Positions 49,338 through 59,823 are shown, numbered from the stretch's first letter. The stretch: 64,000 nucleotides of DNA from an uncultured virus (IMG/VR IMGVR_UViG_3300032322_002004) (IMGVR_UViG_3300032322_002004); one strand, 5' to 3'. Numbers and translations: made by a program. The notes: generated by a model not told the origin, from the letters alone.

Positions 49338-52108
49338 TGTCACGCTATGGTATTAACTATTATAATTTAGCTTACTACGGTCCCGATAACGCATCGCAAT
49401 ATATTGCGACCTCGTTTACCGCAAAACCTAGAGGTTATGGAAACATACAAGTTAAATGGAATAGCCCTGCCGGAACGTGGTCAAAACTTAGACTTGTTCG
49501 TAACTCTTTTGGTTACCCAGTAAACCCTTGGGATGGCGATCTACTTGTTGAGGCCGCTATTGAAACAGACCCAACGTTGTATGACGATGCTAATAACCTA
49601 GTTAAAGGCGCTTACTACTACTACTCGCTTTTTGTGTTTGAAACTGTTACATACACATGGCTTCGAGTTGGAGACTCTACCGGAGTATCTGTTAAAGACT
49701 ATGGGTATATAAACGCGCTATACGACGGCCTCCCAGCTGTTGCCAAAATCCAAAATGCGTACGACGCCTCTGGTAATTACGACAACAAAGACCTATTTAA
49801 CTTTATGTCCCTTTTTGCATTTGAGCTAAACCACGCCCACACAGTGGTAGCCCTTCTTAATAACAAATATGATATTCAAAAAGCTAACGGAGCTTTAATT
49901 CCATTATTTTTAAAGCAACTTGGATACGACTACGAAAAAGAAATTGGATATCAGCAGTCTCGTATCCTAATCCGTGATGCTGTTCAAATTAATAAAGAAA
50001 AAGGAAGCAGCCAAGGTCTACGAGAATACATTAAAGCTTTCGGTGGATACGCAGTACCAAAGCCTATCGGCACTGAGGCAAACCCATCTACAGACGGCCT
50101 AACTATGGGCCATAACCTTATGCTTGATTACAACGACTCTTCATTTGAAGAGAGTATTGGGCACTGGGGATCCTTAAACGGAACAGCCTCTATATCTGCA
50201 ATTAGAGTTGAAACAGTTTTAAAAGCAGCTATTGCAACAAACGTAGCCACAATTACTTTAGAAAAAACTCATGGATATAGAGTTGGTGATAAATTTACAA
50301 CAAGCAACTTCCCACTAAACCTATTTAACACAACAACTAACCAGTTTACTGTTACAGCTGTAGGTGCTAAAACTATATCTTTTGCTTTGACTGGCGCAGA
50401 TGTGCCGGATCAAGATGTTTATAACAAAGTGTTTAAAGCTTACCCAACTATAAAGCCTTACCCAAAGCCATGGGAAGAATCGACATCTTCAACCTTTACC
50501 CCTAATAAGCGTAAAGGGGTTTTATCAATTAAAAATGTTTCTGGAAGCACAGCAACTATTAAGATTGAATGCGGGTACACCGGCGGAGATATTACAAAGT
50601 TTAATCCACTAACAAAAGGTATTCCGGTAACTGCTGCTCTTTCCTACAGCTTTAGCGGGTATATTGTTACAGGGGGATCGGCAAGATCCGTAACTATGGG
50701 TATAAGTTGGTACAACCGTTTTGGTGTGTTTATTTCTGAGTCTTCAGGAACGGCTAGCAATAACGCTACTGGTGAACTGGTCAGCGGTAGCCGTAAATTT
50801 GTTACCGATACCGCACCAGCTGGTTCTTACTATGCTATTCCTACTATTCAAATTGCTTCTGCTGCCGGTGGAGAGTTTCATTACTGTGATGCTTTACAGT
50901 TTGAACAAGATTCAAACCCAACTACTTTTGATGAAGCGCGTCAAGTTCATTTAACTATCAAAGCTACACGTATTAATGAATTAAAGAACCCAAATTTTGC
51001 GTCCCCTATCGCCCCTTGGACGGCAACTAACTCTACAAACGCAATTGATACAACAAGCCAAGAGCCTGGAGTATCTGTTTTCTCTATCGGTAGAGCTGCA
51101 ATTCTTGATAGCACGGTTACATTAACATTAACTGTAAGCCATGATTTTAAAGTTAACGACGTTATTTCAATATCTGGTGCTACCTGGGTAGGAAACGATA
51201 TTAATGGAACTCACACAGTTATAGCAGGTAGCGGTGGAAAAATTGTTAAGTTTACAAAAGCACTTGCTAACCAAGCTGAAGCAGACTGCGTAGGGTCAAT
51301 ATTTCTAGCTGGTAATGCGTTAAAGCTAACAGCTACCGGATCTTCTGTTGTTTTAAGATCTTGGGACAACTCTACAAACAACCAACTTATGCCAATTCAT
51401 TACCCAAATACCCCGTATACATTTAGCTTGTATGCCCAGGGTATGAACACGGCAGATACGGTTACCCCATCTATAAGGTGGTATAACTCCTCTTATGCTT
51501 TGATTGGAACAGCTAGTGTTGGTAGAGCGGCAAAACTGCTAGCTGATATTACTGACGTATCTGGAGACGGGTCTCTTGTTACCTATAAAGCCCAAAACAA
51601 TTTTACTGTAGGACAGGTAGTTACTATTACCGGTATTACTATGATCCGTGGGGCGACCTATAACCTGGCTAATGTAACCATTGTTAGCTGCACTGAAGAT
51701 CAATTTACTGTTAGATCTGGCGCTAATGGTTTATACAACACAGGTGGTGTGGCAACACCTACCGTTACAGCTAAAGACTGGATTCGTCCGTACGTCACAG
51801 CCACAGCCCCAGCTACGGCAGCATACGCCGCGGTAGAGGTAGCCTGGGCAACAGCTAACACTAGAACAATTAAATTTGATTCAGCCTTGTTTGAAAACTC
51901 AGCTGGCTTGTTAGATTACTTTGACGGAAACAACGGGCCATGCTCTCCAGCCGATCTGTACTGGGAAGGCAACAGTGCTAACTCAGCCAGAAGCCACCTA
52001 TACAAGAACCGGTTTGCTGTAATAAGTCGACTTATCGGCTCAAAGCTATCGGAAAATTTAGTTCCGGGGACCCCAGTTTCAGTCTACTTGGCGCAGCCTC
52101 AAACATAG
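49337..52108 (+). CDS. Baseplate wedge / tail protein (gpI-like) with carbohydrate-binding-like modules
   Basis: TAATG coupling; KEKGSSQGL gpI-like motif; NL...SSFE and NELKNPNF CBM-like starts. Confidence 0.7.
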   Translation: MSRYGINYYNLAYYGPDNASQYIATSFTAKPRGYGNIQVKWNSPAGTWSKLRLVRNSFGYPVNPWDGDLLVEAAIETDPTLYDDANNLVKGAYYYYSLFVFETVTYTWLRVGDSTGVSVKDYGYINALYDGLPAVAKIQNAYDASGNYDNKDLFNFMSLFAFELNHAHTVVALLNNKYDIQKANGALIPLFLKQLGYDYEKEIGYQQSRILIRDAVQINKEKGSSQGLREYIKAFGGYAVPKPIGTEANPSTDGLTMGHNLMLDYNDSSFEESIGHWGSLNGTASISAIRVETVLKAAIATNVATITLEKTHGYRVGDKFTTSNFPLNLFNTTTNQFTVTAVGAKTISFALTGADVPDQDVYNKVFKAYPTIKPYPKPWEESTSSTFTPNKRKGVLSIKNVSGSTATIKIECGYTGGDITKFNPLTKGIPVTAALSYSFSGYIVTGGSARSVTMGISWYNRFGVFISESSGTASNNATGELVSGSRKFVTDTAPAGSYYAIPTIQIASAAGGEFHYCDALQFEQDSNPTTFDEARQVHLTIKATRINELKNPNFASPIAPWTATNSTNAIDTTSQEPGVSVFSIGRAAILDSTVTLTLTVSHDFKVNDVISISGATWVGNDINGTHTVIAGSGGKIVKFTKALANQAEADCVGSIFLAGNALKLTATGSSVVLRSWDNSTNNQLMPIHYPNTPYTFSLYAQGMNTADTVTPSIRWYNSSYALIGTASVGRAAKLLADITDVSGDGSLVTYKAQNNFTVGQVVTITGITMIRGATYNLANVTIVSCTEDQFTVRSGANGLYNTGGVATPTVTAKDWIRPYVTATAPATAAYAAVEVAWATANTRTIKFDSALFENSAGLLDYFDGNNGPCSPADLYWEGNSANSARSHLYKNRFAVISRLIGSKLSENLVPGTPVSVYLAQPQT

Positions 52109-52141
52109 GCTAGTCTGTGCCTCCCCTACCAAGGAGGTCCC

Positions 52142-52804
52142 ATGGACAAATATTATGTGCTTGTCGCCGGCAACGGAGCAACCAGCCGCGCTAATCTAGA
52201 AGCTTTAATGGAAGATCACTACTACGCCCAAAGTTCAAACGGCGCTAGTGGCACTTTAGTTTTAGCTTATTCAGAACGACCGAGTCAAGGTCAAACATTT
52301 GCAACACAGTTAGCTAAAGACAAAGGCAAAGACATTCTGGTATTTACTACAGAGTCTGGAAAGTTTGACGGCATACCCTCAGCTAGCCTTAACGTCTCAG
52401 ACAACCCAATTAAGAATGCGGTTGAGCACCTTAAAGGTCTTAGAGCTTCTACGTTTCTTCTATGGGCTGATGAAGACAAGGATTGCCAAAACGCGTTAGC
52501 GGCATGCAAGGAAGCGGAAATACCTTGCTACGACTTAACCGAAGGTTTGATCCCACTTAACCCAGCTCAGGATATTAAAGCAACCGTTGAGCCAACTATC
52601 CCTAAGCAAGAAAAGATTTCAGTCGAGGAGGAGGAAGACGAGGATGGCGAAGAGACGGATGACGAAGAAGATGACGAAGATGAAGAAGAAAGCGACGTCG
52701 ACGAGGAAGACATGGACAATCTCTATTTCGGCATCCAAGCCATCGCCAAAATCTTCGCGGAAGCCATCGTCGAAGAAATGAAAAAAGGCAAGGAAGACCG
52801 TTAG
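52142..52804 (+). CDS. Hypothetical protein with acidic C-terminal tract
   Basis: AAGGAGG RBS; Rossmann-like N-terminus; poly-E/D stretch. Confidence 0.7.
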   Translation: MDKYYVLVAGNGATSRANLEALMEDHYYAQSSNGASGTLVLAYSERPSQGQTFATQLAKDKGKDILVFTTESGKFDGIPSASLNVSDNPIKNAVEHLKGLRASTFLLWADEDKDCQNALAACKEAEIPCYDLTEGLIPLNPAQDIKATVEPTIPKQEKISVEEEEDEDGEETDDEEDDEDEEESDVDEEDMDNLYFGIQAIAKIFAEAIVEEMKKGKEDR

Positions 52805-52806
52805 AG

Positions 52807-53661
52807 GTGCTTTCTTTGCGGGCCACAGGGCTCTACATGTATTTACTCGTGGCAAGGCCTCAGATAAGCGCTGAGAGCCTGTCAGAGGCATTTTCCGAAG
52901 GAGAGGCGGCTATAACCACCTGCCTTCGAGAGCTCCGGGAAGCCGGGCTGATTGTGACTAGAAAAGAACACATTAACGGTCACATTATGACTGTAAGCCA
53001 TGTCGTGGACCCCGATTTCTGGACCCCAGAAACCGCGGTACTGATACAGCACACTCCACTAAATAGCTTATTAAGTACTAATAGCTTATTTAGCAAGAAG
53101 CAAACCGAATATATCGGGGGACCCGATGAGAATTACCAAGAGTACGATTTAAAGATTGGAGCAAGCGTGGACGATTTCCCAGCATCTTACGATCCAGAGG
53201 ACATAGAAAAAGCTCGCCAACGGGCAAGGGAAGCAAAGTACCGCGAAAAAGAAGAAGCTAAGTCTAAGAAGAACGAGATTCGGATGCAGAAGCGTTCCGG
53301 TGACCCAGCCAACTGGAGCATCACTGATACTGCGTTTGAGTTTGCAAACCGCATGCACGAGCTGTGGCACGTCAAGCCTTGGGCAGTCACAACTAGTCGG
53401 TTCCGTATTGCTTTGGCAAAGGCTCAATCTGAGCACGGTACAAACGGCACCCTTGAGAAGATGATGATTGATCTTTACTTTCAACAGATTAAACACGACA
53501 CCGCAATTAACGACCCAGAGCATATTTGGAAAAGATTTATTCAACAGTTTGCGGGGTTGAAGATTCAAGCAGAACGTCTTATGGTTACCCCAGAAGATAT
53601 TGAAACCGAAAAGGTTAAAGCTGAGAAGTCTTGGGATTGGGTAAACGATGTTCGAAGTTGA
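52807..53661 (+). CDS. Replication initiator-like HTH protein
   Basis: LSLRATGLYMYL...LRELREAGLI winged-helix pattern; directly upstream of the DnaC-like loader. Confidence 0.7.
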   Translation: MLSLRATGLYMYLLVARPQISAESLSEAFSEGEAAITTCLRELREAGLIVTRKEHINGHIMTVSHVVDPDFWTPETAVLIQHTPLNSLLSTNSLFSKKQTEYIGGPDENYQEYDLKIGASVDDFPASYDPEDIEKARQRAREAKYREKEEAKSKKNEIRMQKRSGDPANWSITDTAFEFANRMHELWHVKPWAVTTSRFRIALAKAQSEHGTNGTLEKMMIDLYFQQIKHDTAINDPEHIWKRFIQQFAGLKIQAERLMVTPEDIETEKVKAEKSWDWVNDVRS

Positions 53662-54337
53662 TAAGTTAAAAGTACGTCGCCGTACTTGGGTCAAGATGGC
53701 AGGTATTCCACTTGCTAGATTGGGTTGGACATTATCTGACTGCAACGACGTAAAGCCTGATACTTTAAAGAAAATTAAAACTTGGGTGGCTGGCGCTGAT
53801 CAGGGTTTGTTTATTAGAGCAACAGGTAAATCTTCTTGTGGCAAAGGCCTGATGTTTTATGGTACTCCGGGACAGGGTAAGACAACTCTTGCGCTAGCCA
53901 CTCTTCAAGAAATTATGACTACGTTTTCTTTAGAAGCTTTTGATGTTAAAGATACAAACACTTTAATTCGACCTTGTTATTTTATTACCTACAGCGGTCT
54001 TTTAGATTTAAAGGGCTCACAGATTGAGGGTTGGTCAGAAGATCAGGAAGTAATCTACGAAGGTATCATGGGAGAGTGCGCTAATGATGCTTATAACATC
54101 AGGGTTTTGATCCTTGACGATGTAGGAAGAGAGCATGCTAGCCTGTCTGGGTGGCAAAAAAATATGCTTCACCACGTGTTAAGAACCCGTTTTAACAACG
54201 GATTGCCTACCATTATCACTACGAACATCAAACGTGAGGACTGGGCTGGGCTGTATGGAGATTCGACAGAAAGCTTCGTACATGAAATATTTAGTTACCT
54301 ACCAATCGAGTCATCACGAGGAGATCTACGTAAATGA
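53648..54337 (+). CDS. DnaC/IstB-like helicase loader ATPase
   Basis: GTPGQGKT, LILDDVGRE and RFNNGLPTIITTN motifs. Confidence 0.9.
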   Translation: MFEVDKLKVRRRTWVKMAGIPLARLGWTLSDCNDVKPDTLKKIKTWVAGADQGLFIRATGKSSCGKGLMFYGTPGQGKTTLALATLQEIMTTFSLEAFDVKDTNTLIRPCYFITYSGLLDLKGSQIEGWSEDQEVIYEGIMGECANDAYNIRVLILDDVGREHASLSGWQKNMLHHVLRTRFNNGLPTIITTNIKREDWAGLYGDSTESFVHEIFSYLPIESSRGDLRK

Positions 54338-54648
54338 AAGAGAACATAGTGCGTACTGATTTAAAGCTAGTGCAGGTGTTCCTGCCTAATACAAGCACGT
54401 CTGGCCCTGGAATTTACGAAGTGTCCGTTGGCGACCCGAACGAGTTTTATTGCACATGCCCAGGTTTTTCTAGCCGGATGAAGTGCAAGCACATTACTTT
54501 TGTTAAGGCTAGGATTGACATTAACAATGGTAACTACCCATTAGAGATTTCAAGCCGCGCTACACCAGAAGATGCAGAGCGAGCAAAAGAATCAAATGAA
54601 GATTTTAGAGACTTCATTATAAAGTTTGGTAAGGTTGAGGTTCTATAA
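54334..54648 (+). CDS. SWIM zinc-finger protein
   Basis: CTCPGF...CKH. Confidence 0.8.
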   Translation: MKENIVRTDLKLVQVFLPNTSTSGPGIYEVSVGDPNEFYCTCPGFSSRMKCKHITFVKARIDINNGNYPLEISSRATPEDAERAKESNEDFRDFIIKFGKVEVL

Positions 54649-54651
54649 CTA

Positions 54652-55059
54652 ATGCAAAACGGGGATATCAGCAACGAGCTCCCCAAAAGAATATTAGTTA
54701 CAGAAGATGTATTCTTAATTGTAGAGCTCACGCCTAAAAAAGTTTTAAAAGTATTTACGGTTTCTAAAGCCAATAAGAAAATACGTAAAGATATATTAAG
54801 TTATCTTTATGTGTACACAAGCAGACAAGGTATAACTCTAGAGCTTGTGTCATTTACTATGGACGAAGAAGAATTAGCTTTTTTTGTAGAAGAATTAGAT
54901 AAGATGGGAACTAACCCATTTAGATATTTTAGTTCCTACAAGTCACAAAAGGATATATTGGAAGAGCTTCCGTATAGACCAGAAGTGATTGGTGTGATAG
55001 ACATACCTACTCGAACAGCACAATACGGCCACTGGGGATTGGATTTTACTCGCTTATGA
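54652..55059 (+). CDS. Hypothetical protein
   Basis: GAGG RBS; lies within the replication operon. Confidence 0.7.
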   Translation: MQNGDISNELPKRILVTEDVFLIVELTPKKVLKVFTVSKANKKIRKDILSYLYVYTSRQGITLELVSFTMDEEELAFFVEELDKMGTNPFRYFSSYKSQKDILEELPYRPEVIGVIDIPTRTAQYGHWGLDFTRL

Positions 55060-56282
55060 ATCACGAAGCACAGCTCCTTAGCAAGGTTGTACAAACACGC
55101 GATCTAACACCTTTACTTGAAAACAATATTAACGAGGTTTGGTTTGCTGATGCAGCAGATCGAAAGGTGATTAGTTTTCTTCTTTCACACAATGCAAAGT
55201 ATCGTGAGTGTCCAAGCCTTGAAGTTATTAATGAAAACTTCCCAACGTATTCTCCAGTACCGGTTGAGGACTCAATTGAATATTTAATTGATTGTCTTGT
55301 CGATGTTCGCCGTAAACAAAGAATTATTTCAACCCTTGGTTCTGCTCTTGAAGTTATAGAAAAAGATCAAGATCATGAGGGCGCACTCCAAGCTATGGAG
55401 CGCGGTATTATTAAACTTGAAGAAGACGGTTTAACTAAGTCCAATGACCTTGAAGTTACCCAAGCCGCTAAGTTTGCAAAAGAAGAATACGAGAATCGTA
55501 AAAACAATCCAGGGTTATTAGGTTTACCTACAGGGTTTCCAACCATGGATGAAGCTACTTCAGGGCTTCAACCTGGTCAGCTAATTGTTATTATCGCCCC
55601 ACCTAAAACAGGTAAGTCAACCCTTGCTTTGCAGATTGCTCAGAACTGCCACCTAGCTGGCAAAGTTCCTATGTTCTATTCATTTGAGATGAGCAACGAT
55701 GAGCAGAAGAGTCGTTACTACGCTATGAAAGCTAAGATCTCACACAAGCGTTTAATGACCGGTACTTTGACCGATGAAGAGCAAGCTCGCTACTACAAGA
55801 TTATTGACGGCATAGAGCACATGAGAGACAAGTTTTGGTTTATTGATTCCTCCGGCGGTCAGACGGTTAGCGGTGTAGCCAGCAAGATACAAAACAAGAA
55901 CCCAGACATTGTGTTTATTGACGGTACTTATTTGATGATTGATGAGCAGACTGGAGAGTCAAATACTCCACAAGCTCTTACTAACATTACCCGCTCACTA
56001 AAGCGTTTGGCTCAGAAAATTAATAAGCCAGTAGTTATCTCTACCCAGGTCCTTAATTGGAAGATGAAGAAAGGCCAAGTTACAGCCGATGCTATTGGTT
56101 ACTCATCTTCATTCCATCAAGATGCTGATGTTATTTTTGGTTTACAGCGTGAGGACGAGCTAGTAGATGATACCCGCTTGCTCCGTGTTGTAGCTGCACG
56201 TAACGCTGGTCTTTCGGAAGTCTCGCTAGTGTGGGATTGGAACAACGGACTATTTAGAGAGTTAGGTGTCGAAGATCTATGA
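55056..56282 (+). CDS. dnaB: Replicative DNA helicase (DnaB family)
   Basis: LPTGF..GLQPGQL, APPKTGKS, SFEM, VFIDG and QDADV motifs. Confidence 0.92.
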   Translation: MNHEAQLLSKVVQTRDLTPLLENNINEVWFADAADRKVISFLLSHNAKYRECPSLEVINENFPTYSPVPVEDSIEYLIDCLVDVRRKQRIISTLGSALEVIEKDQDHEGALQAMERGIIKLEEDGLTKSNDLEVTQAAKFAKEEYENRKNNPGLLGLPTGFPTMDEATSGLQPGQLIVIIAPPKTGKSTLALQIAQNCHLAGKVPMFYSFEMSNDEQKSRYYAMKAKISHKRLMTGTLTDEEQARYYKIIDGIEHMRDKFWFIDSSGGQTVSGVASKIQNKNPDIVFIDGTYLMIDEQTGESNTPQALTNITRSLKRLAQKINKPVVISTQVLNWKMKKGQVTADAIGYSSSFHQDADVIFGLQREDELVDDTRLLRVVAARNAGLSEVSLVWDWNNGLFRELGVEDL

Positions 56283-57199
56283 CAGTAGAGGAGATGACAG
56301 ATACGTTATCTCGCCTCGGGATTGAAGCAGTTAATACAAGGGGCGACGAAATCCAGGGGTACTGCCCCGCACATGCAGAGCGAACTGGCAAAGAAGATCG
56401 CAACCCATCATGGTGGATTAACTCAGATACCGGACAACACATTTGTTTTTCTTGTGGGTTCAAGGGTGGCTTGTACACTTTAATTAGTTACGTAGAACAG
56501 ATTGAGTTTGATAAAGCTCGTGAATGGCTTGGATCAACTGGAAGTTTAATGTCTAGGTTTACTAGACTACTTGAAGAGAAGAAGCCGGTTCTTGAAGAAA
56601 CGTTAGTTGTAACCGAGTCTATGCTTCACGCATTTGTTGACCCACCAGAAGAAGCTTTGGCGGTTCGCGGTTTAACTTTAAATGCCGCAAGGGCTTATGA
56701 GCTTATGTGGGACGCTAGAAAAAAGAATTGGATTATGCCTATTAGAGATCCGCTTACCGAGAAGCTTTTAGGGTGGCAGGAGAAAGGTTACGACCGCAGG
56801 CATTTTAATAACCAACCGGCTAAGGTAAAGAAGAGCACAGCTTTATTTGGTTATAAGCAATACGTTGGTGGTCAAATGGTTGTTGTTGAGTCCCCTCTTG
56901 ATGTAGTACGTCTTGCTTCGGTGGGAGTTTTTGGTGGAGTAGCAACATATGGGGCTTTGGTTTCTATGGCGCAGTTTAATTTATTGCGGGGGGCAGACCG
57001 TTTAATTATTGCTTTAGACAATGACCAAGCCGGTCAAGCGGCATCCCTTACCTTGCTTGACCTATGCAAAGAGATGGGCAAAGAAGCTTGGTTTTTTAAC
57101 TACTCACACACAGACATGAAAGATGTTGGCGGTATGAGCAAGGTTGAGATAGAGTCTGGTCTAGAGACAGCAAAACATATAGTGAGAGGGAAAGTATGA
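56279..57199 (+). CDS. DNA primase (CHC2 zinc finger + Toprim)
   Basis: CPAH...CFSC, VVESPLD and ALDNDQAG motifs. Confidence 0.9.
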   Translation: MTVEEMTDTLSRLGIEAVNTRGDEIQGYCPAHAERTGKEDRNPSWWINSDTGQHICFSCGFKGGLYTLISYVEQIEFDKAREWLGSTGSLMSRFTRLLEEKKPVLEETLVVTESMLHAFVDPPEEALAVRGLTLNAARAYELMWDARKKNWIMPIRDPLTEKLLGWQEKGYDRRHFNNQPAKVKKSTALFGYKQYVGGQMVVVESPLDVVRLASVGVFGGVATYGALVSMAQFNLLRGADRLIIALDNDQAGQAASLTLLDLCKEMGKEAWFFNYSHTDMKDVGGMSKVEIESGLETAKHIVRGKV

Positions 57200-57723
57200 T
57201 TATTGGACTTTCGGGCTACGCCCAATCAGGAAAGAATACTGTTGCAGATATTTTGGTAGATTATCACGGGTTTACTCAACTTGCTTTTGCAGATGCTATT
57301 CGTGAATTTGTTTACAGGATCAACCCTATGGTTGCTTGTAGCCCTACTGGTTACTTGCAGGACCTTGTAAACCTTAAGGGTTGGGATGAAGCTAAACAAG
57401 AACCACAAGTTCGCCGTTTGCTACAGGACACAGGAGCGGCTGGCCGTGACATGATTGATGAGTACCTGTGGGTTGCTCTTACCCTGTCACAGATTAAAGA
57501 CCCACAGGATGGCCGTTACGTTATTACAGATGTCAGGTTCCCTAATGAAGCAGCAGCCCTTTCTTCACAAGGTGGGCAGATCTGGCGCATCGAACGTCCA
57601 GGAGTAGACGCTGTTAATGACCACATCTCCGAAACAGCTTTAGATGCTTGGATATTTGATGAAACTATCCTTAATGATGGAACGATTGAGGATTTAAAGA
57701 AAAAGATCAGCGTTGACCTTTAA
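57196..57723 (+). CDS. Deoxynucleoside monophosphate kinase
   Basis: IIGLSGYAQSGKNT, ITDVRFPNE and HISE motifs. Confidence 0.9.
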   Translation: MIIGLSGYAQSGKNTVADILVDYHGFTQLAFADAIREFVYRINPMVACSPTGYLQDLVNLKGWDEAKQEPQVRRLLQDTGAAGRDMIDEYLWVALTLSQIKDPQDGRYVITDVRFPNEAAALSSQGGQIWRIERPGVDAVNDHISETALDAWIFDETILNDGTIEDLKKKISVDL

Positions 57724-59380
57724 AGGAACTTTACTCCCCTACCAACCTGAAGCGGTAGACCGAATGGTCGAACGCCATAAGGTTTTGGTGGCATACGACC
57801 TTGGCTTGGGTAAGACAGTTCTTACTATCGCAGCCATAGAGCGTTTGATGGATGAGAACAAAGTTAAAGAGCCAGGGCTTATAATCTGTCTATCCTCATT
57901 GAAATACCAATGGGCTAACCAGATTGAGAAATTTACCGATGGAACTTCACGCGCTTTGGTTATTGACGGAACGCCAAAGAAAAGAGCGGAGCAGTACGCC
58001 GAAGCTATGGACTGGCGGACTTCAGGGGTTGATTACATCATTCTTAATTACGAGCAGATTGTTAACGACTGGGACTCCATCAAGAATTTACCAAGAGGAT
58101 TTGTCGTCCTTGACGAAGCCACAGCCATCAAGTCTTTTAGATCTAAACGATCAAAAGCTGTAAAAAGGCTCATTAGCGCACCTTATCGTTACGCTCTTAC
58201 CGGTACACCAATTGAGAACGGTAAACCAGAAGAGTTGTTTAGCATTATGCAGTTTGTAGATGCTGGGGTATTAGGTCGCTTTGACATCTTTGACTCAGCT
58301 TTTATTGTTCGTAACAACTGGGGCGGCGTACAGCGCTACCGTAACTTGCCTACATTGCATGAGAAGCTAAAAGAAGCTTGCGTACGTAAAGCTCAAAAAG
58401 ATCCGGATGTAGCTCCATTTCTTCCAGATTCAATTCACAAAGACCCTGTACGAATTATTTTAGACCGTAAGGGTTCTAAGCTGTACAGCACAATTGTTGA
58501 AGATTTAATTCGTGACTTAGATGAAGCTCAGAATTTGTTTGGCGCTTCGTTCAATCTTATTGCTCATTATGGTTATGAGAAAAAAGGCGGCGGGCCTGAA
58601 GACGAGATACGCGGTCGTATTATGTCTAAGATTGGTTGCTTGAAGATGCTGTGCTCACACCCAGATCTTTTGCGTACTAGTGCTAGAAAGTACGATGCTG
58701 TTGATAAAACAGTTCTGTGGGAAGATGAAGACGAAGACGGGACTGTATCTAGATTTAGTCAAATGACCCCTACCTTTGGAACTAAAGGTGGTTCAGCTTA
58801 TGCTTCTGAGTTAGTAAAGTCCGGTTTGTTAGACGGCATTAACGACTCACCCAAGCTTGAGTACTTGATTGGATATGTAAAAGACTTTTTAGATTTAGAC
58901 CCTGCAAACAAGGTGGTTATCTTTGCTACCTATGTCGATATGTTAGACATGATTGCTAACGGTTTGGGGCCAGATCAATGCCGCAAGTACTCCGGTAAAT
59001 TAGACGCTAAGACTAAAGAAGAAAACAAGATTGCATTTAATACTGACCCAACTATCCGCGTTCTTATTAGCTCCGATGCCGGCGGGTACGGCGTAGATCT
59101 ACCAGCAGCTAACTTGCTAGTTAATTACGATTTGCCTTGGTCATCAGGTGGAGCTGTTCAGCGCAACGGCCGTATTATGAGAGCTTCCTCTACATGGCCG
59201 TCAATCGTTATTCAAGATGTGATCATCTCTGGGTCTATTGAGGAGCGCCAGTATGAGGCCCTACAACAGAAAAACGCTTTAGCAAGCGCGGTGGTAGACG
59301 GCGAGGGTATTGATGAGCAGGGTGGAATACCCATGAACGTTGGGAGCTTAAAAGAGTTCCTGTACATGGCTACTGTTTAG
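57713..59380 (+). CDS. SNF2-family helicase
   Basis: LGLGKT, LDEA, LTGTPIEN and QRNGRI motifs. Confidence 0.9.
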   Translation: MTFKGTLLPYQPEAVDRMVERHKVLVAYDLGLGKTVLTIAAIERLMDENKVKEPGLIICLSSLKYQWANQIEKFTDGTSRALVIDGTPKKRAEQYAEAMDWRTSGVDYIILNYEQIVNDWDSIKNLPRGFVVLDEATAIKSFRSKRSKAVKRLISAPYRYALTGTPIENGKPEELFSIMQFVDAGVLGRFDIFDSAFIVRNNWGGVQRYRNLPTLHEKLKEACVRKAQKDPDVAPFLPDSIHKDPVRIILDRKGSKLYSTIVEDLIRDLDEAQNLFGASFNLIAHYGYEKKGGGPEDEIRGRIMSKIGCLKMLCSHPDLLRTSARKYDAVDKTVLWEDEDEDGTVSRFSQMTPTFGTKGGSAYASELVKSGLLDGINDSPKLEYLIGYVKDFLDLDPANKVVIFATYVDMLDMIANGLGPDQCRKYSGKLDAKTKEENKIAFNTDPTIRVLISSDAGGYGVDLPAANLLVNYDLPWSSGGAVQRNGRIMRASSTWPSIVIQDVIISGSIEERQYEALQQKNALASAVVDGEGIDEQGGIPMNVGSLKEFLYMATV

Positions 59381-59386
59381 CCGTAG

Positions 59387-59459
59387 TGCCCCATAGCTCA
59401 GTTGGTAGAGCACCGCACTGTTAATGCGGGTGTCCCTGGATCGAGGCCAGGTGGGGCAG
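59387..59459 (+). tRNA. tRNA-Asn (GTT)
   Basis: Acceptor TGCCCCA/TGGGGCA; D-arm GCTC..GAGC; anticodon arm CCGCA-ctGTTaa-TGCGG; T-arm CCTGG/CCAGG; no encoded CCA. Confidence 0.92.
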
Positions 59460-59501
59460 CTTTACACCCAACAATAATCGTTGGGCGGGTATACTTGACG
59501 G

Positions 59502-59654
59502 ATGCCTAACGCACCTAAGACGCCGACCCGCACTATCCGGGTTCCTGACGACCTCTGGAAGTCCGTACAGTACAAAGCAGCTAAAGATGGGGTGACTGTT
59601 ACCTCTATCATTGTTGAGGCTCTACAGGCGTATGTGAAGGATTCTAATGGCTAA
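59502..59654 (+). CDS. Ribbon-helix-helix DNA-binding protein (50 aa), leaderless
   Basis: TRTIRVPDDLW..AAKDGVTVTSIIVEALQAYV; TATACT 6 nt before the ATG; not in the ORF track. Confidence 0.8.
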   Translation: MPNAPKTPTRTIRVPDDLWKSVQYKAAKDGVTVTSIIVEALQAYVKDSNG

Positions 59655-59790
59655 GCACCACGATAAGATTGCTAAAGCTCTAGCTCAGCGTATTGCTGCT
59701 ACACCAAACGGCTCTGGGTATAAGAAGCCAGGAAGCATGAACAAGAAAAAGACCGGTTACCGAGGCATTAAGGCTAATAACGCCAAGTAA
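59647..59790 (+). CDS. Basic microprotein (47 aa)
   Basis: AAGGA RBS; MAKHHDKIAKALAQRIAA...GYKKPGSMNKKK. Confidence 0.6.
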   Translation: MAKHHDKIAKALAQRIAATPNGSGYKKPGSMNKKKTGYRGIKANNAK

Positions 59791-59793
59791 CAG

Positions 59794-59823
59794 TTGACAC
59801 CTGTCAGTGGGCGGGTGTAAGTT
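59794..59823 (+). promoter_or_regulatory. Sigma-A-type promoter with palindrome over the -35
   Basis: TTGACA-18nt-TAAGTT; TGACA-cc-TGTCA inverted repeat. Confidence 0.7.

Noticed and set aside
38213..52108. Extracellular contractile injection system or tailocin
   Set aside because: Sheath, tube and baseplate resemble eCIS genes, but terminase, portal, capsid and replication genes are linked, so this is a complete phage.
59387..59459. tRNA as a prophage attachment site
   Set aside because: Phage genes lie on both sides, and no integrase or duplicated tRNA 3' end was seen.
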